55,043 bases of DNA, taken from assembly GCA_051294375.1 (NCBI GenBank), contig CM119271.1, forward strand, positions 5,389,850 through 5,444,892, read 5' to 3'. The translations under genes were made by a program, and so were the position numbers. This stretch comes from Paraspadella gotoi. Taxonomy: Eukaryota; Animalia; Chaetognatha. This document shows positions 25,370-37,587 of this stretch, piece by piece. How positions within the stretch are numbered: the stretch's first letter is position 1; the number at the start of each line of letters is the position of its first letter. Below the pieces are notes generated by a model that was not told the origin of the DNA, did no database searches, and saw only the letters and a program-made list of their open reading frames with translations.

Positions 25370-26234
25370 AAAAAAGTTAATAATCGTCAATTTTCTATTT
25401 TTGTGTCATTTTTTGCGACTTTTTCTCTTTTCTTTCGTCACTAAAATAAATCGTTCAATCATCAATCAATGAATGAATCAATCAATCATTCAATCTATCA
25501 ATCAATCAACGCTCTGACGAGATTGGGCGACTTACTACTACTACGATTATTTTATTTTCGTTTTTATGATTTTGGATTTCGGTTCAGTAACAAAATAAAC
25601 CAGTGGCTGCGCCAATACATGTAAATCACTTTCAAAGGCTTAAACTGAACTGTTACTGTAGCACTAATAACATTTTTGTACTTTCAAAAATATTTTATGA
25701 ATTAAAACAATATTATTTTTGTTTCGATATATGATATATGATTAAAAAGACATAGAATAAGAAATAGAAAAAAATAAAATAGAATAAAAAAAATTACTTG
25801 TTAAAAAATAACAAAAGAAAAAATCTTTAAAAGAATTAAAATAGTAAAAATGAAAAAAAAAACAATAGCTATTTTGTTAAAGAGCAGGTGCAAGTAAATA
25901 TCTACTGGGTGCAGATAAAGTTTATTTTAATTTCTTGGTAAAATTTAGCATGATACTAAAAATATCTACTATTTTATGACAAATTCTTACTCAAAATCTT
26001 CTTTTGAAACTCATTTCTAAGCAATATTCTTACAACTACTTCACCGCCTGATTCCCATAACAGTTCTTCAGCATGCCCCACCTTCGTTTTCTTCCCTTAG
26101 ACTTACCTCTTTCCCAGGTGAGGCTTGACTTTCTTTTTTTTTCATTCCTCTTCTTTATGAACCATATAAAGGCTGACCCTGAATCAAAGTTTTACGGCGA
26201 CCCCGGAATCTTGGAGAAAGGAAATGCCATCTCG

Positions 26235-26282
<48 letters not shown>

Positions 26283-26397
26283 ATGGAATACTTTTTCGTA
26301 ATAAAAATAAGCGCGTGACGCTTCAGAGGAAAATTAAAGGCGAAGGCCTCTGCGCTTTGTGAACGCTTCTTAGTCGTCGGAGGAAAAAAAAACATCA

Positions 26398-27894
26398 TTT
26401 TTAGTCGGATCTGCTAACAGCAGATCCCGACTCTATAATCCACTTTGTCGGTCCGTGGGTCCGCCCCCTCAATAAGGCGTAGTAAAATTTCTAAATTTAA
26501 CTTTAATTAAAATTCTAAAAGTGAGGAACGAACAACATTATACTAATGAACATTTATGTAATAAAAAAATTTCTAATAAATTTTACAATTTACGCAGTAG
26601 GCCATATTTATACTAGTACTAAACCAATAAATGTTAAAATTTCAAAACAGTTTTTTTCTAAGATTTTTTTGCAGATTTGGATTCGTCATAAAAAGTTGGT
26701 AAAAAGAAATATAACTCTTTTGAAAAATTCCTTCATTAAGTGGGTCAAAAATTAGAAAAAGCTATATTTAAGCTGAAAATTAACTTTATATTTAAATATA
26801 GTTTTTTTAATTTTTAACCCACTTAATGAAAGAATTTTTAAAAATGATTTATATTTTCTTTTAATCAACTTTGACGAGAATTCAAATCTGCAATCAAAAT
26901 TAAGATAAGCTATTTAAATTTTTTCGATTTTATAAGGATAGTACTATATATAAATATAGCCTACAAAAATTCAAAAACATAAAATTAATTTTTTTTACAA
27001 ATTAATGTTCACTGATGGTATGTTGTTCATAATTGACTTTTATAATTTTTGTATGTAACTTTCACTACGCCTTACCCCTCAATCTTGTCGGGCATTCACT
27101 TATATTTGTCAGAACATCGAATTATGTATAATTATGCAAAAAAAATAATGTCTGTCCGTCCATCCAGCCATCAGTCCGTCCGTCCCCCCTTAGCCAAAAT
27201 TCCAATTGGATGGATGGATTGGAATGAAATTTTGTGTGGTAGGGAAGTATGTATTGAAGCTGGGAATATGGAAAGTTTCGATAGAATCGTGCGAGGGGAA
27301 ATGAGTTTAAATGGAAAAAAAATTCACTATTTGAACGCCAATTCCTCATTAGTAGATGGGGCAATTGAATTGAAATTTTATATGTGGGTAGGAAAGTGTG
27401 TGATTAAGCTGGAAATCAAGTTTCGATGGAATTGTCTTGGTTGAAATGAGTTTAAATAGAAAAATCAAAAAATCCTGTTTCACTAATTGATTATGCTTCT
27501 TTTTCTTTTTATATTAAATATAAATGCAGGATGTATTAATTAATCAAATAATTTATCAATTAATTAATCAATTAATTATAAATATTTAATAAAAGTCAAT
27601 TAATCAATTAATTTATTATTCAATAAACCAATTTATTTTATGTAATAAATATTTATTCACTCAATCAATTTATAAAATAATTAATTATTTATTTAATCAA
27701 TCAATCAATCAATCAATTAGTAAGTCAATTGTTATCGGCCTTATTGTCGTCGTCGCCATCATCGACGTCCACACTTTTGTCGAAAAGACCTAAAAACAAA
27801 CATTTCGGATCAAATTAATTAATTAATAAACTTGAATTAATTAATTACCGCTAATGATCGTGGGCAGATCCGACATTTTTTGCTCACACTTGTT
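26398..27894 (+). mobile_element. DINE-1/Helentron-like element, family B, interrupted by a foldback MITE
   Basis: TTTTTAGTCGGATCTG-CTAACAG-CAGATCCCGACT 5' hairpin, (GTCC)n microsatellite at ~27150-27185, and 3' subTIR CAGATCCGAC at 27865 followed by ACTTGTT. A reverse copy lies at ~29870-30258. Confidence 0.6.
26473..27074. mobile_element. ~600-bp foldback MITE with 8-bp target-site duplication (hAT/P-like TSD length)
   Basis: Ends TAAGGCGTAGT.../...ACTACGCCTTA. Inverted similarity runs inward to a centre near 26775 (e.g. TTCATTAAGTGGGT / ACCCACTTAATGAA). Direct repeat CCCCTCAA at 26465-26472 and 27075-27082. Confidence 0.85.
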
Positions 27895-28682
27895 ATTAAT
27901 AAAATATGTTATTAGTACTATATTATATTTTCAGGTGACGTACCTACTTGATTTTAATAAAAAGAAACCCGATTAGGACAAACAAGTTAATTTTGTGAAA
28001 AATCGTGCTGTACTATGCCATGGTTTGAAATTTGATTAAATGAATTTTTTTTAAAAAGATTATTTGATAATATCCCATGTTAACATACTTATTTCCAAGG
28101 GGAACAGAACAGAGATAGCGCATATTGCAAATGCTAATGCGTTTAAGCTTTAGGGTGGAAACGCGTTTCAAATTTGGTCTAACTCACAATAGGAAAAATG
28201 TTGTACGATTCAATAGATTTTGATTGTGGTAAAGGAGATGAGAGAAGGTCAAGCTTAAGGGACCAACTGAGAGAAAGCGAAAGAACAGAAAAATATGAGC
28301 AAAAATAAAAATTCAAAGAATAAGTCTAATAGAAAAAGAGAAAAAAAGTAAAGAAATAAGAAAACAAGAAAGAAAGAAAGAACAAAAGAAAGAACAAAAG
28401 AGAAAGAAAGAAAAAAGAGAAAGAAAGAAAAAAGAGAAAGAAAGAAAAAAGAGAAAGAAAGAAAAAAGAGAAGGAAAGAAAAAAGGGAAAGAAAGAAAAA
28501 AGAGAAAGAAAAAGAGAAAGAAAAAGAAAAGAAAAAGGAAAGAAAGAAAGAAAGAAAAAGAGAAAGAAAAAAAGAAAGAAAGATAGAAAGTTCCTATCCC
28601 AGGAGAAAATTAATTCCGCCACAATTTCACATGAGGTGACGAAAAGTACCCGAGTTTATTCGGTCCACGCGCCGCTGGAGAC

Positions 28683-28714
<32 letters not shown>

Positions 28715-29165
28715 CGACGACGATAACGTCGAGGCGGAGCGAAAGAGAATAAGGTTCCCTCTCGTGTCAAAACGCCGTCGGTGTAAAAAGAGCTCGAAGA
28801 TTGCATTAGAGGGCAGAGGGTTTTTCTCTGCAGCGGAAAATCCAAACAAAGACCAGACACGTGATTTACTTGTTTTGGAGTACTCGTCTTAGCTTCATAC
28901 TACATCGTTGCAAAATTCAATGTTTGATATTATTAAGTGAAAAGAGCTTTTATTTTATCTTTTTTGTTTAATTTTATCTTTTTATACGAGGAGTTTACCT
29001 GGTTAAAATTGTATTTCGAAATAATTGGAGTACGGAAATGATTTATTTCATTTAATAATTTTCTACCAACTGCCAATTAATTTATAAATGTGATGAAAAA
29101 AACTCACTTCTCTTAATAAGCAAGATCAAACAACTTTTTAAGACTTGCCGATTTTTCCTTGTTCC

Positions 29166-29219
<54 letters not shown>

Positions 29220-29475
29220 CCTCCCGCTCTCTCTCTCTTTTTCTAAACTCCCTGCTCACTCAAACCCTCAAGGGTTTGGAACTTTTTCTTTATCCCAAAG
29301 GTTTTTTTTAGGTTTGTTTTGAGCTGGGAGAGGTAGGGCAAAGGAAGGTAGGGAAACGTAGGGAAGGCTGGGGAAAGGTCAAATACATTATCATTTTTTC
29401 AGGTGACCGCTTCTGGGGTGAAATTCCTTTGGTCGGTTTGTTTAAAAAAAAATTGAGTGTTTAAAAACTTTTTGA

Positions 29476-29522
<47 letters not shown>

Positions 29523-29685
29523 CAACGTTAAAATGATTCGTAATTTTTCAAAAATTAAATCGGAAAAAGTCCAAAAACTTTGGGAAATAAATTTGTTCAT
29601 CAGGTGAGATTACTTTTTTAAAATGAAGATAATAAAGGAGGAAAAAAAGAAAAAAAGAAATAAAAACAGATAGAGTTGAATATAT

Positions 29686-29830
29686 AAGGGAGTGGTCTTT
29701 TCATACAATTGAAACATTCTTTGAAGTACTATACCACTTCATTGAAAGGGAAGCCAGATAGTCTGGTAGTGAATAAACAAGACTGAGAGAGTCTTCATTG
29801 AAAACTGGCAGGGACCTGCTATGTCATTTA
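29686..29830 (+). repeat. Dispersed repeat; reverse-complement copy at ~49195-49340
   Basis: TAAGGGAGTGGTCTTTTCATACAATTGAAACATTCTTTGAA... matches the reverse complement of ...TTCAAAGAATGTTTCAATCGTATGAAAAGACCACTCCCTTA. Confidence 0.8.
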
Positions 29831-29869
29831 CAGACAATTAAATTTTTTTTTGATTAATTAAATTTTTAA

Positions 29870-30258
29870 TTAAAATTAGAAATGAAAAAAATAGAAATGA
29901 GTTTTAATTTAATTATTTAATCAATTAAGTAATACAGCTTGCATGAAAAGAAAGCATGAAACAGTTGTTTTTTTTCTTTCCCCTTAAAGCTCATTTCCAA
30001 TTGATTTTTAGCTTAATCACTTTACCCACTCACAAAATTTCAAGTAAATTGCCTTAAAAAACTTATGAGTAATTGTCACAACTAAGGGGGAACGGACAGA
30101 CGGACAAACAGACGGACGGACATCAATTTTTTCGCATAATTAATCATAATTTGATGATCTGATATGATATAAACGACTCACGGAAAAGATTTTGGGGTGG
30201 AACCGACAAAGCGAATCCTAGAGCCGGAATCTGCTGTCAACAGATCCGTCTAAAAAAG
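29870..30258 (-). mobile_element. DINE-1/Helentron-like element, family B, 5' part
   Basis: GGAATCTGCTGTCAACAGATCCGTCTAAAAA, the (GGAC/AGAC)n run and CTAAGGGGG are reverse counterparts of the 26398-27500 element without the MITE. Confidence 0.6.
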
Positions 30259-31318
30259 ATCTCGATAGATCGTCTCAACTCTTAACCTCGACGAATCGCT
30301 TTTCACAATTCCATTTTTTTTCTCGCTCTTGCAACACAGGACGTAACGTGGAAAATACTATCACGGCAGATGAATATTTTATTATTTTTTTTTAAATTAA
30401 TTTTTAACATTATTGTGAAATAAAACCGGAATAACCTCGATTGACTGCTAACTTTGAGAGAGCACGATTTTTCCGAAATTGGTTGTTAGAGGGAATACAT
30501 GATTTTTTTATCTTTTTTTATCTTGACGGTTCTGAATGTCCTTCTCTCTCTCTCTCTCTCTCCCCTTCTCTCTCTCCCCCCCCCCTAACTCGCTCAACAC
30601 TGCTCCATCGAATCAGGGCACGCACTGCATTTGAAGTGTTTTATTAAAGCAAACAGTCAACTTCAGATTTGGTTCGTAATCGTTCTCTTCTCGACAACAG
30701 GCAACAACAGCCCAAATATTTCTCAATTTACGAATTAAGGATTTTATCCATTCTCATATTGATTGAGAATAATTCGACTGGAACCCTTTCCACCAATGAT
30801 GCAAGAGAGGCCCGCCATAGGAGTTCGGAACCGGGTGTCCTTCTCGGTCCGGTTGCGAAACTTCGCTTCGAGTTCGACAAAGGCAAGTTCCGATGAACAG
30901 AACACAAAACTGCGTCATGAAAATTTGATCAAAAAGTTAAAAATTAGGCATTCCATCAAAAAATATTCACGATATTTTCTTAAGTTTAGGAATTAATTTA
31001 ATAAAAGGCGGATTAAATTTAAGAAACAACACGAACTACATATTGTTCAATTTCAATATAAAATTACTTTATATTCTGTAATCTTAGCTTAAGTTGATAT
31101 GACTAAATAAATTGATTTAATATCAAAAAAAATAATTCGCTCATATCTGGAAAAATTATTTAAAAAAAAATATGAAACATTTTCGAGAGAGATAAGTTTC
31201 GAAAAAGATTGAACAAAGATCAAAACAGAGGAATAGAAAAATAGGTTGTGTAAAAGTAGTACAACTAGTAAAACTGTATTCACTATCTAATGTGTACGGA
31301 TGAAGGGTAGCGTAATTT

Positions 31319-31376
31319 CTGGTTTGAGGCACCAGTCTCTTCGGAGGCGTGGGTTCGAATCCCACGGCTGCCACCA
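31319..31376 (+). pseudogene. Processed, 5'-truncated tRNA-Leu pseudogene (anticodon GAG, encoded CCA)
   Basis: Anticodon arm CTGGT-TTGAGGC-ACCAG, Leu variable arm TCTCTTCGGAGGC, T-arm GTGGG-TTCGAAT-CCCAC, 3' acceptor strand GGCTGCC-A-CCA. No D-arm or A-box upstream. Confidence 0.85.
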
Positions 31377-32073
31377 CAACGAAGGAAGTAGGCGTGGTTT
31401 ATTAAGGGAGAAATAGGAGGAGTTTTATCGACTTAAGAACACGTTGGGATGATGAAAATTAACACACAAAATATGTAGATTAAGCAGAGAAATGGCAGGC
31501 AATAAACAATTTAACAAATAGTCCATAAGGAGTTTGATGTTTGTTTCTTGAAGGTAAGTTGAAGAGTGATCTCGTTCTCTCTCTTGTTTCTCTGCCGTCG
31601 GTGTCCTGAGGGAAGCCTCCTCTCTGATTGGTCAATCAGAAGAAAAGACGGAGAATTAATAGAGTTATCAGAATTAATTAAATATTATACTCTTTGATTA
31701 GAAATTAATATTTAATCGTATGTTTGTTTTGATTCTTTGACTGACTTCGTCGGGCAGGATCATAAAACTTGGGAGCCTACAAAGCAATGAAATTTGAAAT
31801 ATGAAAATCTGAAAGAAAAAAAATGTTGGCAAAAATTATTGAACGCAGGTCTCCAGCTAAATGCTTAGTGATTGTACGAAAAAACTGTTGTAAAAAACAA
31901 ATCACACAGATACTCAAACAATTTAAATGAAACTGAAAATAAAAGTACATCGCGACGAATAAAAGTATTATATTCCGCTTTTTTTTTATTACGTTTTTAA
32001 ACCCGTGCGTGCTATATAATAGAACTAACTGCTTTATCCATTTAAGCTTCCTTGGAGACGGATCTTTCGCGTC

Positions 32074-34645
32074 ATGACCCCGAAACGGACCGCGTTGGGG
32101 ATCGTTTTTATTTCCATCTCCGTAATCTGCATCAGCGTTTTGAGCAACCGAAGCTTGGAACGTCCCTTCCCTTCCCGGTAAAGGTTACGGGCGCTGGTTC
32201 CGATTTTAGAAAGATATTTAAATCGATTAATCGGACGTATTTCAAAATTTTCATATAAAATATCTCGTCTTCTAAACTTTTGTCAGTTTTTAAACTACTT
32301 TTTAGGGAAAAAACGTATTGATTTCCTTTTTTTTTTCTTTTTCAGATTGTATTCGCAATGGAACAATGATATCGAGGACAAACCCGTTTCTCTTTCCGAA
32401 ATCGTTTATTATGGCGTCGGTTGCAATGGTAAGTGGTACGGACCTGAACGACCAGATATCCTATTTACTGAGCGTACAAATCATATGTCCATTGTTCAAT
32501 CATATGCCGGACACAAAAATTAACCATCTGAAGAGACAGTGATAATTGTTATGTGTTAATGACAGAACCGTTCAATATAAGCAGTCCCTGAGCTTCGGAT
32601 TAGGCTGTAACACCATGTTACAGGCGGGTTAAGCGCCCCGTCCCTCTTAACTGCTCGGCGGCCACCGAGCTAGAACCCCGGACCTTTGGGTTGGTAGGCG
32701 AATGACTTGCCTCCGGCACCAATGGCCACTGATGAACGGTTGGTGGATTTTAGTCCACCATACATCTAACCTAAGGAATGACTTTACTCATACGCTTCCT
32801 TTTGTTCCTCTGATCAGCCGATGATTTCTACGGTTGGCTCGTCGAGCTGTTCGTCCCTTCCCCACCCGAAAACTGCGCTGTTCTGCGGCCGCGGCGCTGC
32901 CACCGCTGCTTCCCGCATGACTTCGCCACGCTCATTCGGCCGCGCGTTTGCGGAGATCGACGTCGCGTGGTCTTCGTCGTATGCTCGAGTCCCGACGCCT
33001 CGGATCGACGCGACGCGATCCGCGCTACTTGGGCACGTCGCGCGCGCATCGCGTCCGCGGTGCACGTCTTCATGATAGGGACGTCGGGTTTGCCGGGCGT
33101 GCAAGAGGCTTTGAAGGAGGAGGCGAGGGTGCACGGAGATATTTTACAAGTGGGGTAGTTTAATGTGATTAAAATTTAATTTAATTTAATTAAATTTAAT
33201 TTAATTTAAATGATTGGTGATGATTTGAATTACGTACTGTAGTTTATATCTGGTTTTTGCTGCGATTAGGATGCTGCCATAAAAATTGAACTGTTGCGAT
33301 GTTTGGCAAAACGATATAAAAATCACAAATATTGTTTGGCTGTAAATTTGAAAGTGTAAAAAGGTAATGCCACTTTATTGTAATTAGTCAAGTACTCCGA
33401 ACCTCTTGGTTCAAAGCCTCCATCTTGTCAGAGAAGGGCTAGTTTATTTATTGATTTAATAATAACCTTAATTTGTATTTCTGGTACTATTCTAACCAAT
33501 ATTTGTTACTAATACCCGACCCCTTCACCCCTTATTTTGCCTCAAGACGGACTTCGTGGATTCCTACTGGAATTTAACGGTGAAATCTATCACGGGTCTC
33601 GCGTGGGCGTCGTCTCACTGCGTCACCGATTTCATCGTCAAATTGGACGACGATACTTTTCTCAACTTTGACGTTTTCTTGGAAAGGCTCGGTGAGATTC
33701 ACAACGAGATCTTCATCGGCGGTGAATGCAACGACACTGTCAACCCAATTAGATTTCACAGGTGAGAGTTTTGTTCAAATTTTTTTTATTATTTCGTTAA
33801 TTCGTAATTAATGAATTAAATTAAATTATAAATAACTAATTAATTCAGAATACATAATTGCAACGCTACGAAAGTTTGTACCATGATTGATTCCTCGCTA
33901 CAGACAATTTACTATGCATGAAACTATTTCCTGTTTATAATATAAACCAAAATCTGAATGTTGTTTTAAACTTAATTATGAACGATAATCTGTTAAATCT
34001 GCAGCAAATGGGGCGTCTATCACAACGAATGGCCAGTGTCTCTCTATCCAACTATCTGCTACGGCAGCATGATCACATTTTCGGCCAAGGCGGCCAGAGC
34101 GGTGGTTGAAGCCTCACCTAACGTGCCCTTCTTTAAACTGGAGGACGTTTACTTGACGGGACTCGTTGGTAGCAACCCATTTTCTTTCTTCTGAGGCAAT
34201 ATTTAAAAATTCTCAATTGACAATTCTCTCTCTCTCAGGAAATGATTATTTGAACATAGAGCCTGAGTCAATACCAGGAGTTAAACGCGAGATAAAAGGT
34301 AACATTTTTTTTTTTACTTTCACCCTTCTGGGGTGGGATGTTATTGATAATAAGCTACCGTGGAGGATATTATGTACCCAGACGTTTAGGTACGTTTAAT
34401 AATTTAAACTTCAAGTGCCTTAACTCCCGCCCCTTAAACCATAGCCTTGTCTCGATGAGACGAAAGTTTTTTGGGGCGTAATAAATTTTTCACAACTTTT
34501 ACTTAAAACTTTAATTCTCTAATGTCACTTATTGACAGATGATCTTTGCGAAACGTTGAAGGAAATCGCATCTTTTCATCTTGAGGAATTAGATTTGAGA
34601 AAAACTTGGAATTTGATGCTTTCAAATTGTGAAGAATTTTCGTAA
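32074..34645 (+). CDS. Beta-1,3-galactosyltransferase family (GT31, B3GALT1-like), type II membrane protein, 354 aa, 7 exons
   Basis: Exons 32074-32177, 32346-32428, 32818-33149, 33547-33761, 34005-34168, 34239-34298 and 34539-34645; all introns GT-AG and phases consistent (1065 nt). N-terminal anchor ALGIVFISISVICISVL. GT31 motifs RRDAIRATW, EEARVHGDILQTDFVDSYWNLTVKS, KLDDDTF (DxD), SKW...YPTICYG and LEDVYLTG. Confidence 0.93.
32529..32752 (-). mobile_element. tRNA-derived SINE in intron 2 of the GT31 gene
   Basis: Minus-strand head GGCCATTGGTGCCGGAGG...CCGGGGTTCTAGCTCGGTGGCC (A/B-box-like). Near-identical copy at 51209-51405. Confidence 0.7.
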
Positions 34646-35640
34646 GACAAGTGAAAAAGCTCTGAATCCGGAATTGAAAAGGTAACAATTTTTTTTTTTC
34701 AAATAAAAAAACGATAACAATTTTTTGGTGTCATTAACTGAAGTGTCAGTTTAGTGACATAGTTATTATTGATTAACGTTCAGTCCAGCGTTTTTTTTTT
34801 CTGCCATTTTTGATTTAATGAAAACAATTTATTATAATCAACATTTTACTAGCACAACGATGTTTTCAACGTCATTGATTTTTACCAGGAAGGTAGCCAA
34901 GGCCAGTCGGGGAAAAGAACTTGTACCCCTTATCTGACGCTGGACGTTTGACGAACGTGGGAGTCGTCATTTTCGGAAACGACCTCTCCTCGCCGGCTCA
35001 AGCGGCAATCGACTCATTATCAAACGGGATTTTAAAATTCAGATTGGTACTTCAATTTTCGCCGAAAAAATCATCTCGCTCAATGACTTTGAGTTCAAAC
35101 GTATCTTGGTTTTTAGTGCGACTGTTGATTAGAGTTGACTGTTGACTCGCGAGAATCCCATCGATTTCGAAATATGTAAACCATAATAAGTGGCACACTG
35201 TTTTTGATTTCCAGTTTCCAATTATTATACATTATTTTAAAAGCCCAGCGTAGTATTGTTTATAAAAACTAAATAGTTGTGATTTTGAGAAACTCAAACG
35301 CTTATATTTAATATTTTTCATGATATCTTGAATGCTAAAACAGTGTCAATAGAGAAAAGAGAAGAAGAGAGAAAGAGAAAGTTTAAATAGTAAAATTCTT
35401 CTTCGTGAACGAGATAAACTCATGAGGTCGCGGGGTTACCAGATACTCATTTATATACCATTACCATGTAATGTATAGTACTCATTTTATTAATGCTTTG
35501 CCGAATAGTAAACGTAGTAATGATAAAAATTTATATTGCTGTTACTTTTGTCAAATTTAAAGATTTGAAATAATAATAAAAATTTAAATGCATTAATAGT
35601 TATTGTATTAGTATTGTATTAGTATTGTATAGTTATTGTA

Positions 35641-35690
35641 TTTTCGCTGATGAAGACTCGAAAAACAGAGTCGAAACATGTCCGTTAAAT
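35641..35690 (+). ncRNA. Minimal type I hammerhead ribozyme (PLE type)
   Basis: CG-CTGATGA-A-GACTC(GAAAAACA)GAGTC-GAA-ACATGT-C-CG: intact core, 5-bp stem II, palindromic ACATGT stem III, GUC cleavage triplet ending at C35682. Stem I is short and weak. Confidence 0.75.
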
Positions 35691-37554
35691 AAATATATCG
35701 TTTTTAAAAAAATAAAAACTCTGTTTTGTACACGAAATGCATTTATAAAAAAACTTATTTATTTGGGTATGACCATATATATAAAATTCAAAATTCAACA
35801 AAAATCATTACTCTAAAACTGTTAAATTCTCAGTCTGAATTAATATTCAAATTGTGCTCTTTCTTAGCTTTTAATCGATATATTTATTATTTTGAAATAC
35901 TGTGATATAATGCTTATTTTTCTCCACGCAGTTTAAAAGAATTTTTTTGGAATATTTGTTTGATCTTATTTTAAAATATACTAGTTAAAATTATTCATAA
36001 AAACATTTGTTTTGATACCTCATTAGAACTAGGGAAACAAATTGTTATTTAAAAGGCCAAGTAAATGACATTGCGCTGAATCTAATCACGAATAAACAAT
36101 GGCAACAAAAAGATTAAAGAAGAAGACAAAAGATTAAAAAAAAAGAAGAAAAAGAAAAGAGAAAATGAAAAAGAAAAAAAGAAAAAGAAAAAGAAAAACG
36201 AACTCAGATTTGAAACAAAAGACTCCGTCTGGTTTTTTCTCCTTTTGTTCTCCTTTTGATTCCAGTTCTTTTGCCTCCAAAACTTTCATGGGATTCGGAT
36301 GAAATTTCCTCGCAAGTGTTAAGGGGGGGGAAGGGGGGGAGAAGGGGGGGAGGGGCTTCTTTTCATTCTCACACTGCGGGATGCCTCTTTTTTTTCACTT
36401 ATACTTTTCTTTAGTTCTTTTCTTAATTATAATTCTTTTTGTCTGTCTCTCTCTCTCTTTCTCTCTCTCAGTTTTTCTTTTATTCTCACGCTTCACAAAC
36501 TTACCCTCAGCAATCGCGTTCCTTATTCTCCTCGACCTCATTGGAAAACGAATCGCTGTTCACGTCCCGTTGACTTTGAAGATGTGAAAATTTAACCTTT
36601 CACAACAAAATGAGAAAGGGAAACGAGAAAAGGGGGAAAAAAGCAGTGAGATTTATGAAGGAGAAATCGGAGAAGAATAAAATTTAAATTTAACCTTACG
36701 ACCTCGCGAAAGAATCTTGACCGATTTAAGTTCAAAAACTTGTAATGATAAAGGAAAGAAAAATAGAAAAAAAAAATACGAGAAAATTATAAACAATAAT
36801 TGACAAATCCAACAAGTGCCAGTTAAAAAAAGGTGTTGAAAGGGCGAATAAGATATGGCAAACGAAAATAATTACAACCAATAGCCAAAAAAAAAAAATG
36901 CAAAATGACAAAGTGGAGATGAGAGAGGAACGGCGTTGAACGAATCCTGTTTCAGCATCGAACCAACCGCTCTTCGAAACATTGCCTAATTTTCTTAAAA
37001 AAATGTTTTCAATGTGACTGGGCTCAAACAACGCGCAATAAGGATTGAAACTTTATCTCATAAACTATCTGCTATCGAAACTCATTAATGAATTTTCGAA
37101 TTTATTTAAAGTAAATCGGGGGGGGGGGAAACATAGAAGAACATCGCATTTAAGCCGTTCACGGCAAGCGCCAACATTTGGTATTTTGATACGACAATCC
37201 GACGCGATGAGCAGAAAAAGAAAAAAACAAAAAAAACAAAAAACAAAAACCTAAATCGCCTGAGAAACAACTTTTAAAATAAAGGCAAGAAAGGAGTAAG
37301 ACACGACGACGACGACAACAAAGACGTTGCAGACGACGACTAAAAAAAGTCGTTAATCTTTAGTTACAGCGTCGAATCTTTGGCGCATGTGGGCGTGGCC
37401 TTGCGCGGTTGTGAAGCGGATTTCTTGCGAGGAGCGGATTTTATGAAGCGGTTTTTTTTTTTTTGTTAGGAGGCGAGAATCGCTGTAACCCCTTTTCTCT
37501 CCCCTGGAGACGAGAAAGGGGGCGAGGAAACGAGGGCGAAAAGAAAGCTGATTG

Positions 37555-37587
<33 letters not shown>

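Noticed and set aside
31359-31376. LTR-retrotransposon primer-binding site (TGGTGGCAGCC... on minus)
   Set aside because: The tRNA match is 58 nt rather than ~18, there is no adjacent LTR-ending CA, and no gag/pol is nearby.
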